64,000 nt of DNA, from the IMG/VR virus record IMGVR_UViG_3300045988_115217. One strand, given 5' to 3'. The position numbers and the translations under genes are program-made. Within the stretch, counting starts at the first letter, position 1. Each line of letters opens with the position of its first letter. Shown in pieces: positions 1 through 11,600 of the stretch. The notes under the pieces are model-generated. The model saw nothing but the letters and a program-made list of their open reading frames with translations. It was not told the origin of the DNA and ran no database searches. Source of the DNA: a virus.

Positions 1-1
1 C

Positions 2-3000
2 TCAGATGCCGAGGCAGAAGCCATAAAGCGAGTTACAGAACGCTTGCAAGAGGGAAAGGTTTCTGAGGATGAGTATTTGCGCACGAAAGAGGCAGCAGAA
101 AAATATTTGGATCAACTCAGCCAAGAACGTATTGAGCTATATGAGAAGCAACAACGAGCATACGAAAGATACCAAGACGCATTTAATGAAGGTATTGGCG
201 CAGATGATGCAACAAAAGCCGCAGCAAATGCGAAAGCTCACACGTATATTTCTGCTTACAATAACCTTGGAGGACAGGTTAAGGATGCAGATGCGCAAAT
301 CAGAGCAATACAAGAAAGTTTGACCTCATTAAATAGCGCATACGAGAAACTCAACCAGACTAAGCAACAACAGGCACAAGCAACCTCGCAGACGCAGCAA
401 CAGGAGAAAGAGCAGACAGACAAGGAAGCCGATGCCATCAAGGCAAAGACCGAGGAGATTAAACGCTTACAATCTGAATATGCGAAACTTTCAGAGCAAC
501 GTCCGAACTTTTGGGGACTTGGCACAGATATAAAGGAGCAGAAATTTCCTTTTGAAACTCTTATAGAGTGGAACAAACAGACGGGCGAGGCTAGACAGAA
601 GATTTACGAAGCAGAAGCAGAACTTGAAAAAATGAAAATCGCCGCCGCCGATGTAAAGAACGAAACCGCCGATATGTGGGCAGGAATGACGAAAGAAGAT
701 ATTGCTGGAGTTATCAAAGAGAACGTGGAACAGCTAAAAGTCTTGAAAAGCGAATATCAAGATATTACGAAGGTTTACGGCTCAAATTCTGACGAGGCGA
801 AGAAGAACAAGCAACAGCAAGAAGAGATAACAAAGGAAATACTTGAAGGCAAGGACCGCTTGAAGGAAATGGGCGTATCTTACGAAGATGTCACGAAGCA
901 AGCGAAGAACGCAGCGAAAGCCACAAAAGATATTGGCGATGAAGCGAGCAAGGCAGACGACAAAGCAAAGGGTATCTTTGATAAGTTGAAGTCCTTTGCT
1001 TCAAAGGGCTTGAATCCCGAGAATATTCTTTCCCTTGTTTTCTCGCCAAAGGGAGCAACAATGGCGGGTATTACAGCCGTAGCCGCTGGCTTAAAGAATC
1101 TTTCACAGATTAACGAGCAGTTAGCGGAATCAATGATACCGCTAAAGGCTTACGTTGATGGCGGCACGCTTGAAGAACTGAGAGAGCAGTTTGTTGCACT
1201 TGAATATGATAGCAGCCACTCAGCGGAGGAGATGGCAGCAGGAGCAACACGATGGGTAAAGTACTTTGAGGGTTTGCGTGGAAATGCCGACGCAATAGCA
1301 GATGTTACAAAGTCTTCAAACGACTTTGCAACCGTGCTTGGAAAAACCTCAAACGAGGCAGCAAGCTATCAGTTGAAGATAGCTGGAGCGTACCATCAGA
1401 CGGCACTTCAAGCGAAAGAGAATAGCACGATTATTATTAATGCTACAAAGAAGAGTACCACAACGTATGACGAAATGGCGCAAGCCTTGGCACAGACGGC
1501 TAATAGAGCACAAAACGCTGGCGTTTCTTTTAAAGAACTCGCAGCCGCCACAAGTTATGGTACAAGCACGTTTGGCAGCGCGAGCGAGGCGGCAAGCGCA
1601 TACGTTATGATGATGACCCGACTTTCCGCACAATCAAAGAACGAGTACAACCCGAGCGTAGTGGGTGCGACAAAGGCACTGCAAAACTTGGCGAAATCTC
1701 ACGAAATGAATGCACTCCTTACAAGTCTCCTTGGTAAAAGACAGGCTTCCCTTTCAAAAGTATTTGTGCAAGGCGCAGCAAATATTAAGCAGATGCAACA
1801 GGGTTTGGATGATGAGACAAGCGCAGCAAAAACACTTGCAGGAGCAGAAAGTAAAATTGAAGAACAAGAAAAACGACTTGCAAATGCAAAGAGAGCACTT
1901 GCGCATGAAATAAATGTAAACCTTACACCAGCTTACGCAAATTTTTTGGAGGATTGTAGTAGTGTTATTAAGACTATCGGAAATTGGGGTACAACAATTA
2001 AGAACTCGTTAAAATCCACGCTGCAATGGATTAATTCGGTGGATAATGCCATCAAAGATAGTACTATCTATAAATTATTCGGTACATCAACCGCTGAATT
2101 AAAAAAAACATCAAAAGGAGGTTTGCGCTTGAATATTGATAAGATATTAAGCGGAAAGGATGAAAATAGCTTTTGGGATAATCATTTTAATGGTTTTACG
2201 GGTAATTTAACTTTGAAAGAATATAATGATAAAAGAAGAAAGAAAATACAAGAAGATTTAAAAAAGATATATAATCAGAATTTGAAGAAATATGGCGCAA
2301 ATTCAGCAGGAAAAGCCATGATGGCAACAATAAAAGCGTACAATCATAATTCAGAGTTTGATTACAAAAGAGGGCTTTTTACAGGAAAAGAAATAAATGA
2401 TTATGTTGCAAAGATGGTAGCAACAACAAGACTGGAGAATAAATCAAAGGTTAGAGGTGAGTCGCTTGCAATCGGCAGCTTTAACGGCATACCTGACTCT
2501 AAAGGCGAAAATAAATTAAAGCAGTTACAGGAACAGCAAAGAAAATTTAGAGAACAAGAAGCAGAGCAAGAAGTAAAAGACCTTGCAAATACCGAAAAGG
2601 TGAAATGGGATTTATATGTCGCAGAAAAGGAAGCAGGAATCGCACGCATGGAGAGCGCAACAGAGAAAGAAGTGGCTCAACACAAGTTAGATTACGAAAA
2701 ACAAAAGCACGCAATCGAAGAAGAGGCGAAGAACCTGCTGCAAACGAATATCGCAGCCGCAAAACAAAAATACGAGAAGAACCCCGACAACAAGAAAAAG
2801 GAGGGTTTTTATGCAAGTGGACTGGATAAGCAAGTCTCTTTAACAAGCGACCAAAAGGCACTCATACAAGCGAAATACGATACACTGAACGCACAAGAAA
2901 AAGCATACGACCTGCAACAGTTAAAAGCAAAAACACAAAGCCTTTATGATTACTTGAAGGAATACGGAACTTTCAAGGAGCAACAACTTGCAATCGCAAA

Positions 3001-5152
3001 AGAATACGACGAGAAGATAAGAGCCGCAGAATCGCAGGGCGACACATATAAAGTAAAGTCTTTGCAAGCTGAGAAGCAAAAGCAAATTGGCGATACGAAA
3101 GCAAAAGAGATAGAAAGCAGAATTGACTACACTAAGGTGTTTGGAGATTTTGGTGTTATTCTGAGAGAGCAGATGGACGATATTTTGAAAAACATGAAGG
3201 CTTTTTCAAAAACGGACACTTTCAAGGCAAAGCCTATCAATGAGCAAAAGGATTTTCTTTCCCGTATGAATGAGTTATCCAATCAGTACGGCACAAGCAA
3301 GTGGAAAGATATTAATTTCTCACAACTTGGCAAGCTGATTAATGACTATAATCAGAAGTTAAAGAAGAGAAACGAAGCAGAGGAAAAACTCAATGTATCA
3401 AGTAAGAATTTGGCAGAAGCACAGGAAGCCTATGAAAATGCGATGAAGAGCGGAAACGATATGCAAAAGCTTGATGCAAAGGGAAAACTCGGAAATGCGC
3501 AGATAGAGAATGACAACAACAGAAAAGCCTTGGCAGATGCTGATGCCAACCTCGTAGGCGCACAAAGCAACGTAACAGACTCAGCGCAGAAACTTAGCGG
3601 TACTTTAAATTCGCTTGATGCGCTTTTAAACAATATGAAAAGCGGTTCTATTTCTAACGTATGGAACTCTTTCGTGGATTTTGATAAAAAAGTGAATGGT
3701 GGTAAGGCAACACAAGCAGTTACCGACACGGTAGGAAAGGTACTTGGTAAAGCATTTGCAGGCAAATCTGACTTAATATCTCAGATTATCGGAGCAGTTC
3801 TTACTTTGCTTGATACAATCGCAGAGCAAGGAATCGGTGGTATTGTTGGTGGGTTGATAGATAGCGTTTTGGGAGCTATAAATGGTTTGCTTGATAATTT
3901 ATTGAGCGGCAAATTTATGGAGCAAATCGGAGAATCACTCATTAACGGTATTGGTGGAATTATTGATAATGTTATTGGAAAGCTGGGAAGTGTTCTGTCA
4001 TTTGGTGCTTTATCCTCGAAAGGTCCGAGCGCATGGTTTGAAAACTCAAACGCAGAAAAGGTAGAGGAAGCAATCAACAACCTTTCAGACAGAAATAAGA
4101 GTTTGCAACAATCAATAGATGACTTAAACGACACGATGAAGAATAGCAGTGGCGCGAAGTCTGTTGAAGCGTACAAAGAAGCTTACAAGTTACAGGAAGA
4201 GCAAAATGAGAACTACAAAAAGATAGCACAAGAACAGGCTGGTTATCATGGCGCACACGGTTCTTGGAATAAGTATTGGGGCGGTTTTTCGAGCGAAGAA
4301 ATAAGTCGAATAAAGGAGATTACTGGTAGAAATGATTTTAGCGGTAACCTTTGGGACTTATCACCCGAAGAAATGAAGAAACTTCGTGGAGGTGCGATTG
4401 ATATTTGGGAACGTATCAAAAACACAGGTAAGGGCGGCTACGGTAGTAGATTAACAGATAAACTGGATGATTATATCGACCAAGCCGATAAGTTGCAAGA
4501 ACTCACAGACCAAATAAATGAAAGTTTGACACAGGTTTCTTTTTCATCAATGAAAGATGATTTCGTCTCTAATCTGATGGATATGGAAAAGAATGCCGAA
4601 GATTTTGCAAACGACTTTAGTGAAATGATGCAAAAGTCCGTCTTGCGCTATGATTTGGAGAACCTCCTTAATACTGACTTAAAAAAGTTGTACGAAAAAT
4701 GGGGAGCAAAGATGCAAGAGGGTAATTTATCAAAAGATGATATTGATAACCTCAAAAAAGAGTATGACGATTTAGTAAAGAAGGGTATCGAACAACGTGA
4801 TTATTGGGCAAAGATTACTGGCTATACTGGCGAAAGCTCTCAGTCTCAACAAACGGCAACGGGCAAGGGTATTGAGGCTATCACCGCAGACCAAGCGAGC
4901 AGCCTTATCGGTATCGGCTATGCTGTTCAATCTGCTATCGAGGTGGGTAATGAGACAAGAAAGCAAATATCTGTTGATATTTCTTCCTTGCGTATCTTCG
5001 CAGAACAGACAGCAAACAATATCTCAGAAATGAGAGATATTCAGTATCAAGGGTTGGAACAACTGGAGGCGATAAATAAGAATACTGCACCAATTATTCT
5101 TATTCGTGAAGACATCGCAAGTATGTATAAATTAATGAAGGAAAATTATTAA
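2..5152 (+). CDS. Tail tape measure protein (5' end outside window)
   Basis: Frame open from nt 2; >1700 aa; coiled-coil Q/E/K-rich stretches, TP901-type TMP core-like segment (AGITAVAAGL...YVMMMTRL), Gly/Ile-rich hydrophobic patch; directly precedes tail genes. Confidence 0.85.
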   Translation, partial: SDAEAEAIKRVTERLQEGKVSEDEYLRTKEAAEKYLDQLSQERIELYEKQQRAYERYQDAFNEGIGADDATKAAANAKAHTYISAYNNLGGQVKDADAQIRAIQESLTSLNSAYEKLNQTKQQQAQATSQTQQQEKEQTDKEADAIKAKTEEIKRLQSEYAKLSEQRPNFWGLGTDIKEQKFPFETLIEWNKQTGEARQKIYEAEAELEKMKIAAADVKNETADMWAGMTKEDIAGVIKENVEQLKVLKSEYQDITKVYGSNSDEAKKNKQQQEEITKEILEGKDRLKEMGVSYEDVTKQAKNAAKATKDIGDEASKADDKAKGIFDKLKSFASKGLNPENILSLVFSPKGATMAGITAVAAGLKNLSQINEQLAESMIPLKAYVDGGTLEELREQFVALEYDSSHSAEEMAAGATRWVKYFEGLRGNADAIADVTKSSNDFATVLGKTSNEAASYQLKIAGAYHQTALQAKENSTIIINATKKSTTTYDEMAQALAQTANRAQNAGVSFKELAAATSYGTSTFGSASEAASAYVMMMTRLSAQSKNEYNPSVVGATKALQNLAKSHEMNALLTSLLGKRQASLSKVFVQGAANIKQMQQGLDDETSAAKTLAGAESKIEEQEKRLANAKRALAHEINVNLTPAYANFLEDCSSVIKTIGNWGTTIKNSLKSTLQWINSVDNAIKDSTIYKLFGTSTAELKKTSKGGLRLNIDKILSGKDENSFWDNHFNGFTGNLTLKEYNDKRRKKIQEDLKKIYNQNLKKYGANSAGKAMMATIKAYNHNSEFDYKRGLFTGKEINDYVAKMVATTRLENKSKVRGESLAIGSFNGIPDSKGENKLKQLQEQQRKFREQEAEQEVKDLANTEKVKWDLYVAEKEAGIARMESATEKEVAQHKLDYEKQKHAIEEEAKNLLQTNIAAAKQKYEKNPDNKKKEGFYASGLDKQVSLTSDQKALIQAKYDTLNAQEKAYDLQQLKAKTQSLYDYLKEYGTFKEQQLAIAKEYDEKIRAAESQGDTYKVKSLQAEKQKQIGDTKAKEIESRIDYTKVFGDFGVILREQMDDILKNMKAFSKTDTFKAKPINEQKDFLSRMNELSNQYGTSKWKDINFSQLGKLINDYNQKLKKRNEAEEKLNVSSKNLAEAQEAYENAMKSGNDMQKLDAKGKLGNAQIENDNNRKALADADANLVGAQSNVTDSAQKLSGTLNSLDALLNNMKSGSISNVWNSFVDFDKKVNGGKATQAVTDTVGKVLGKAFAGKSDLISQIIGAVLTLLDTIAEQGIGGIVGGLIDSVLGAINGLLDNLLSGKFMEQIGESLINGIGGIIDNVIGKLGSVLSFGALSSKGPSAWFENSNAEKVEEAINNLSDRNKSLQQSIDDLNDTMKNSSGAKSVEAYKEAYKLQEEQNENYKKIAQEQAGYHGAHGSWNKYWGGFSSEEISRIKEITGRNDFSGNLWDLSPEEMKKLRGGAIDIWERIKNTGKGGYGSRLTDKLDDYIDQADKLQELTDQINESLTQVSFSSMKDDFVSNLMDMEKNAEDFANDFSEMMQKSVLRYDLENLLNTDLKKLYEKWGAKMQEGNLSKDDIDNLKKEYDDLVKKGIEQRDYWAKITGYTGESSQSQQTATGKGIEAITADQASSLIGIGYAVQSAIEVGNETRKQISVDISSLRIFAEQTANNISEMRDIQYQGLEQLEAINKNTAPIILIREDIASMYKLMKENY

Positions 5153-5155
5153 AGC

Positions 5156-5602
5156 ATGAAGAATCAGGCATTTATAAAAATGGTTGGCGAGGCTGATACA
5201 GCCTACGCTGACCTTGATACTTTCGGAGTAACGCTTATTAAAGGATGGAGAGAGGCATTATTAACTCCGACATCTGTTAAAAGCTATGTAACGAATGATA
5301 GCAGATTGGAACATGGAGAAAGCATTATTGCTACGAAAAAGTATGCAAAGAAAGCAAAGCGTGATGTAAGTATATCTTTCTTCTTGGAAGGTTCTTCGGA
5401 AGAGGATTATCTCGCAAAATACGAAACATTCCTTGACACAATTGCATATTCGGGGCAATTTTGTCTAAAAGTTCCCTGTTTAAAGAGGGTCTTTAAACTT
5501 GTTTATTCACAATGCTCACAATTTGGCGATTATGGATTAAAAAAAGGTAAATTTGTCCTTAAATTGACAGAGTCTAATCCAAATGATAGAGAAAAGTTAT
5601 GA
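5156..5602 (+). CDS. Hypothetical tail protein (distal-tail-protein position)
   Basis: 148-aa ORF 4 nt after TMP stop, ATGA overlap with next tail gene; no motif recognised. Confidence 0.55.
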   Translation: MKNQAFIKMVGEADTAYADLDTFGVTLIKGWREALLTPTSVKSYVTNDSRLEHGESIIATKKYAKKAKRDVSISFFLEGSSEEDYLAKYETFLDTIAYSGQFCLKVPCLKRVFKLVYSQCSQFGDYGLKKGKFVLKLTESNPNDREKL

Positions 5603-8600
5603 TTAATATCTATGATGTGAACGGTAAAGTGCTTATGCAAGCAGAGATAACCAGCTCGGCTATTAGAGTGGAAGAATTATCTAAATCAGATTATATCTCC
5701 CTCTCATGGAATAGTGCTGAAAAGGTTATCTTGCCTGCTGGAGCATACATTGTACATAAATACAAGATTGATAAAGTAAGAGAAGTTACCCGTCAGTTTC
5801 TTCTCTTGGAATCTTACGAGCCTACACAGAGCGACGAAATGTCTTGGAAATATACGCCAGAGTTTCAGCACCAGAAGATGGTTCTTTCTAAAAAGCCTTT
5901 CTTTATTCGCACAAGAAACTCAAAGAATGAAGTTATAAAGCAATATGACTTCGATTTCTTCGGAACAATGGTTACGATAGCCGATAGGCTCAAAGATTTT
6001 TTGAATAATGAGCTTAAATTCGGTAACGCAGGATGGGTAATCAATTACGACATAACTAATACGAATGCTATTAATGTATCCTTTAGCGATAATGATTTTA
6101 TGTCAGCGCTTACGGCTATCACAAATGCTATCGGAGATAATTGTGAATGGCATATTGATTACGATAACGAAACTATACATATCGGTAATGTGCTTCGTGA
6201 TGATTTACCTATCGTTACATTAAAGGTCGGAGAAAATGTAGGTATTCCTTCTATTACTAATAGCAAGGAGGATTACTATAACGCTTTTGCTGTGTTTGGC
6301 GGCACTCGCAATATTACACAAGTTAACGATAAGGGGGAAAATATTTCTTCTTCGGATATAAAATTGCAACTATCTAAAGGTAGTGGAACAACAGAAATTG
6401 ACGGAAAGAAGCTTTCTTATTCTATTGACGAGTTCTCTACTATCGATATGAGACAGAATAAGAATGAGCAACTTTTTATTAAGATACTCAATTTTGCTCA
6501 GATATACCCTTCGCTTAATACTTATGTGTATAATGTGCGAGGGAGGGAAAAATATGTGTTACAAGATGGAAATAAAATACCTCTTACGTATAATGCTGAC
6601 GGGTCAGTAAAGACATATAAAACGTTTACTGTATGGTATGTTCGTATGGCTTATCCAACAACCGAAAAGATAGCAGACAAGAAGCTTGTTAATACAACTG
6701 TTGACAATGGTGTTACTCATTATTGGTACGACTTTGAGGTAACCGATGATTTGCTTATTAATGGCAAGAATATCGGATGCTCCTTTGAGGCGAATTTTAA
6801 TGAAGGAGCATTATCTACTCCTCTTGCAGGTCGTGGAACTAATGGTGATTATGTAGGCTTTGAGCTTACATATCACAAAGAAGCATCATCTACTCATACG
6901 ACAGACGATGTTGATAGCTCTAATTTTGCAGTTCTGGCTGGTGATTTTGAGATTATCTATCAGGAGGATAATGACCTTATCATACCTACGAATGCAAAAG
7001 ATATGATAATTCCGAAAGGCGAAAGTCTGCCATCTTACAAGTGTAATATTACTGTGCTTTACAATATCGCAATGACAGAGAGTATTTATACAGAAGATGC
7101 TCAAAAAAGGCTTTTAGATGCTGCAATGAAGGAAATAAAAAGGTTGCTTTCCGACTTGAATAACTATTCAGTTAAGTCTTATCCGCAAGTATTTGAAGCA
7201 AAGAATCCTTGCTTACAGATTGGTCAGAAGGTTGTGTATGATGACGGAAACGGCTATCAGCTTAATACTCGTGCTCAAAAGATTACTACGAATATCGATT
7301 TTGAATTTGTGCAAGAAATCACGGTAGGAAATGAGGTTATCAAAGGTAATACGGCACAGCTTAAAGAAGATGTAAAGGAGATAATTGCATCAGGTGGCTC
7401 TGGTTCAGGGGGCGGTGGAAATTATACAACCTCGCAATTAAAGAATCTTATCGGTAAATATGGTACTGGCTATTTTGTTTCAAAGCTTTTTGATGACACC
7501 GCAAATGGCAAGATAACCTTTATTAAAGGTCTTGTTGCCAAAGCTCTTGCAGATTTGGCGATGGGAGCGACGTTCGGCAACAGCGCTAAGATTACGGAGC
7601 TTGGCGAGGCGGTATTTAGCGCTATCAAGTCTCTCGATTACGATAATGCGGCTGAACAAGGCTTCTCTGTCGAAAAGGAGAAGAACGGCAAGTATCATGC
7701 GTTTTTCACCAACCTCACAATTTGGGGTAAGGCGATATTCCACGAATTAGAGATACGCAAGCTGTCTTATTCGGGGGGCAACATCTATTTATCTGGAGCA
7801 GGAAGTAAGCTTGTCAGAGTTGTGCCTGTCAAGAAATTGGTATCTGATGGTGGTGTGACAACTTGGGTGAAAACGACTGAGGATGATGTGGAATGTGTTG
7901 GTTGGAAATGCTACCTCTTAGCTGACAACGGAACTACTGCTACAATGAATTACTGGCAGGAGGGCGACCAAGTGCGCTGTCAGACTATTGGAGAGATTGC
8001 GGCTGGAGGAACATATAGTGATGTAAGTAATAAGAGCTATTGGCGTACTATCCCTGATGGTGGTGTATCTACACAAAATGAGAAGATATACGGCACGAAG
8101 CTGGAAACTTACCTTGATGAGGATGGCAACGAGCAGACGAAAGAAGTACAGGTGGAATTGTACGATGGACAGGCGTTTGCTTGGATTGTGATAGGTAAGC
8201 ATTGTGGTGACATTGATGGTTACGACGATGAGTTTAGTGTGGGTTACAATGGCTCTAACCCTGCACCTTTGGAGACGAGAGACATTCCTTCGGCTGGCGA
8301 TACTATTGTGCTTGACGGTAACAGACATCGTAATGAACACGGTGAGTATGACAAGACAGACAGACAGAACGTGATTATCTTAGAGACAACTGGCGAATAT
8401 GCTCCTCGTATCGCTTGTTATGCTAATATCTCTGAGTATAAGCATACTATCACTAAAAGCGTGAATGGTAGTGATAAAGAGGTATCTCTGTCGGTATTTG
8501 AGACTTCACCAAAAGGTGGAACGAAAATCAACTCATCACGCTTTGAATGGATTTCGGATGATGGCAGTACTATCAACATCATCAACTATCGTGGTGACTG

Positions 8601-11600
8601 GGAAGAAAACAATACCTATCATAAGAACGACCAAGTAAATTACAATAACGCCGTATGGGTGTGTGTTGCTAATTCAGGGGTTGATGTCGCTGACAAGCCT
8701 TCCGAGGGTTCATCTAACTGGAAAAAAGTCCTTTCTGGTGGCAAAGGCGAGAAAGGTGATGATGCAGTTAGCTATTCCGTGAGCCTTATGAAGGAATTGA
8801 GAACAATCGCAGGTCATAGCAATCAATCCGCTGTAACTGTTAGTTTCCGTAAGCAGGAAGGCAGTAAGAGTACCGTTTCTGGAAACATTGCGACTTTTGG
8901 TGATTCGGCTTCTGTAAAATGCTATATTGATGGTGAGCGTAGCGATAATATGACAGATTGGATAAATAGCGGAAATGATTACTTCGGCTATTTGAATTAT
9001 GAGGATGCTTGGACTGGAAAGTCTGTTATTACTGTCGTTATGTATATCGGTGATAATATCGTTGCTTCTGCCAACTTCTCTCTTGGTCAGAGTGGTGAGG
9101 GTGTCGTAATGGCGTACAAAAATGCTACGTCTCGCCCTTCAAAACCAACTGTTGAAGACTTGTCCCAATTATCTGACGGATGGTCTCGCACACCTCAGAA
9201 AGGTGGGTCTTATCTCAAGGTGGATAATATCAGCTACGGAAGCTTTGATAATGGCGCCAGTTCGTTTGTTGATTCTACATCTAAAAGCTGGACTGACGTG
9301 ACAGAAGGTGGTAATTCGTGGAAGAAGTCTCCTTCTGGGCTGTCTGATAACTACGGATGGGCAATAATGAAAGTATCATTTACTACGAATGTAGATAATT
9401 CGGACGTTAAAGTTACCATCAAGGCTTATTCCGAAGGTAACTATGACTTCGTTCAAGTTCATGCACTTGATACGGAGATAACAGGTTCAAGCAGCCTTAG
9501 GAAGACGGGTGTAGCAGATATATCAGGTAACGGAATAGAAACTTCATATTCTTACCACGTCACTACGACAGGACAGCATTTTTTCTATGTCTCCTATTGT
9601 AAGGACGTCAGCGGTAATAGCAACGGAGACTACGGCTTATTCCGCTTTGACCTATCCGACAATCTTGTCACCTTACCATCAACGGTGTGGATGAGCCAAG
9701 CCACTTTGAAAGACGGAAAGGCTGTACTTCCTTGGTCAGAACCTGTGAAGATAACAGGTGAAGATGCCTACAGAGTCGTGGTTTCTCCATCGGTGCTCAT
9801 CTTCGACACTGACGACTACGGAAAAGTTGCTGAGTCATCCCTTGGTGACAAGAAGACTGCGACGATACGAGTGTATCAAGGCGACAAGGATGTCTCTAAG
9901 CAGTTCTCAAAGTATGACAGACTTCCAAGCAACTATTATAATTGCAACGGTAGTCTGAAGGACTTGAATACGTCTCCGTTAGAGATACAGGTGACTGAAA
10001 TAGAAACACAGGTTGTCACTGATACAGAGGGAAACGAAAGTACAATATCCAAGACTAACGGTTTTTTGGAGTTTATTCTCACGAATGCTTCTGCAACCGT
10101 CACGGCTCATGTGGACGTGCAGGTCAACGTTGCCAAGTTCGCTGGTCAGATGGTCAACACCAACAAGCGATTCTCCAACACCTTAACGGAGGTCGGCAAC
10201 AAGGTGGATAACAAGATGGATAGCTTTGACCTCAACGAGTTTAAGGCTGAAATTACGCAGACAGCAAGGGAAATCTCACTCTCGGTGAGCGAAAAGGCTA
10301 TCGGCAGGAGAAACCTACTTATAGGTAGTGCGGCGAGAAGACAGGGCGAAGGATGGACGTTCATGAGTGGTGATTACTATAACAATCTTCCTTGTGAATC
10401 CATAGAGATAAACAGCGGACACGAGGGCGTGAATGCAATACATTGCCGAACCAAGCAGACGGGAACTAATTCATATTACATGTGCGGTTTCCGATGGGTA
10501 GGCACGTCTTCTTCACAAGGCAACATCAAGCTAAAGAAAGGCAAGAGCTACACTTTGTCCTTCTGGGCGAAGGCGTACAACTCTGGCTATGTCAAATTTA
10601 TATCGGAACTGATATGGCAAGGGAGCGCAACCGACAATTCCCGACCTGCTGGTTATACTGGTCCTAAAGGATTCTTAACGACGCAGCAAGCGACGAAAAG
10701 CAACACTTGGACGCAGTTTAAGGTAAACATCGAGGTTCCTTCCTCCGCATCCTATGAGTATGTAGAGGTCAACATCTTTGCGAGAGCAACAAACTACACC
10801 TTGCAGGATGCCTACATCTGCAAGCCTATGCTCGAAGAAGGTGATTATAATGGCTGGACGCTATCGGAACAGGATTACGACTATGTGGGAGGAAACTTAC
10901 TCGATAATACGAGGACGCTGACTGTGGGCGGAAATCTTAACGACGTAAGCGAAAGCACCATTATCTCGCAAGGATATGGGTACGATAGTGCCGTAGCCCA
11001 TGCGGACAACAGCAGCGGCTCGTCTTACAAGGAGATATTGAGATGGGGAACCACGTCTGGCGGCAATGTGTCATTCCAGAAAGGAAAAGACTATCTCTTG
11101 TCGTTCTTGGCAAATGGCAGCGGTAGGATGACCTGTTATCTCTATTGTAGTGCGAACAACACATCCAGCATCTACTCGGAGAACAACCAAGGGTATGTGA
11201 CGAACAACGCCGCCGACGGAGCATCGAATTTTACCCTATCATCGGGGTGGAAACGATACTGGGTGCATTTCCGTGTATTGACGGATTCTCCACTGCCTAC
11301 TGATATATTAATGAGAGCAGTAATCGGCACAAACGTCTATGTAGCTCAACCCAAGCTGGAGGAGGGTGCGACCATGACGGAGTACACCGAGCGCAAAAGT
11401 GAGCTTGTGGATAAGGCGAGTCTGAAGGCAGCGGGTATTGTTGTTGACTCTGAATCTGTCACGCTTTACGGCAATCAGGTACACATCAAGAAGAACAAGA
11501 CTGATGCAAACGATACCGTGCTTATCGACAATAATACTGGTACTATATCGGCAGGGCTGATAAAAGCCGATGAAGTCGTGGCGAGAGGTATTAAAGCTCA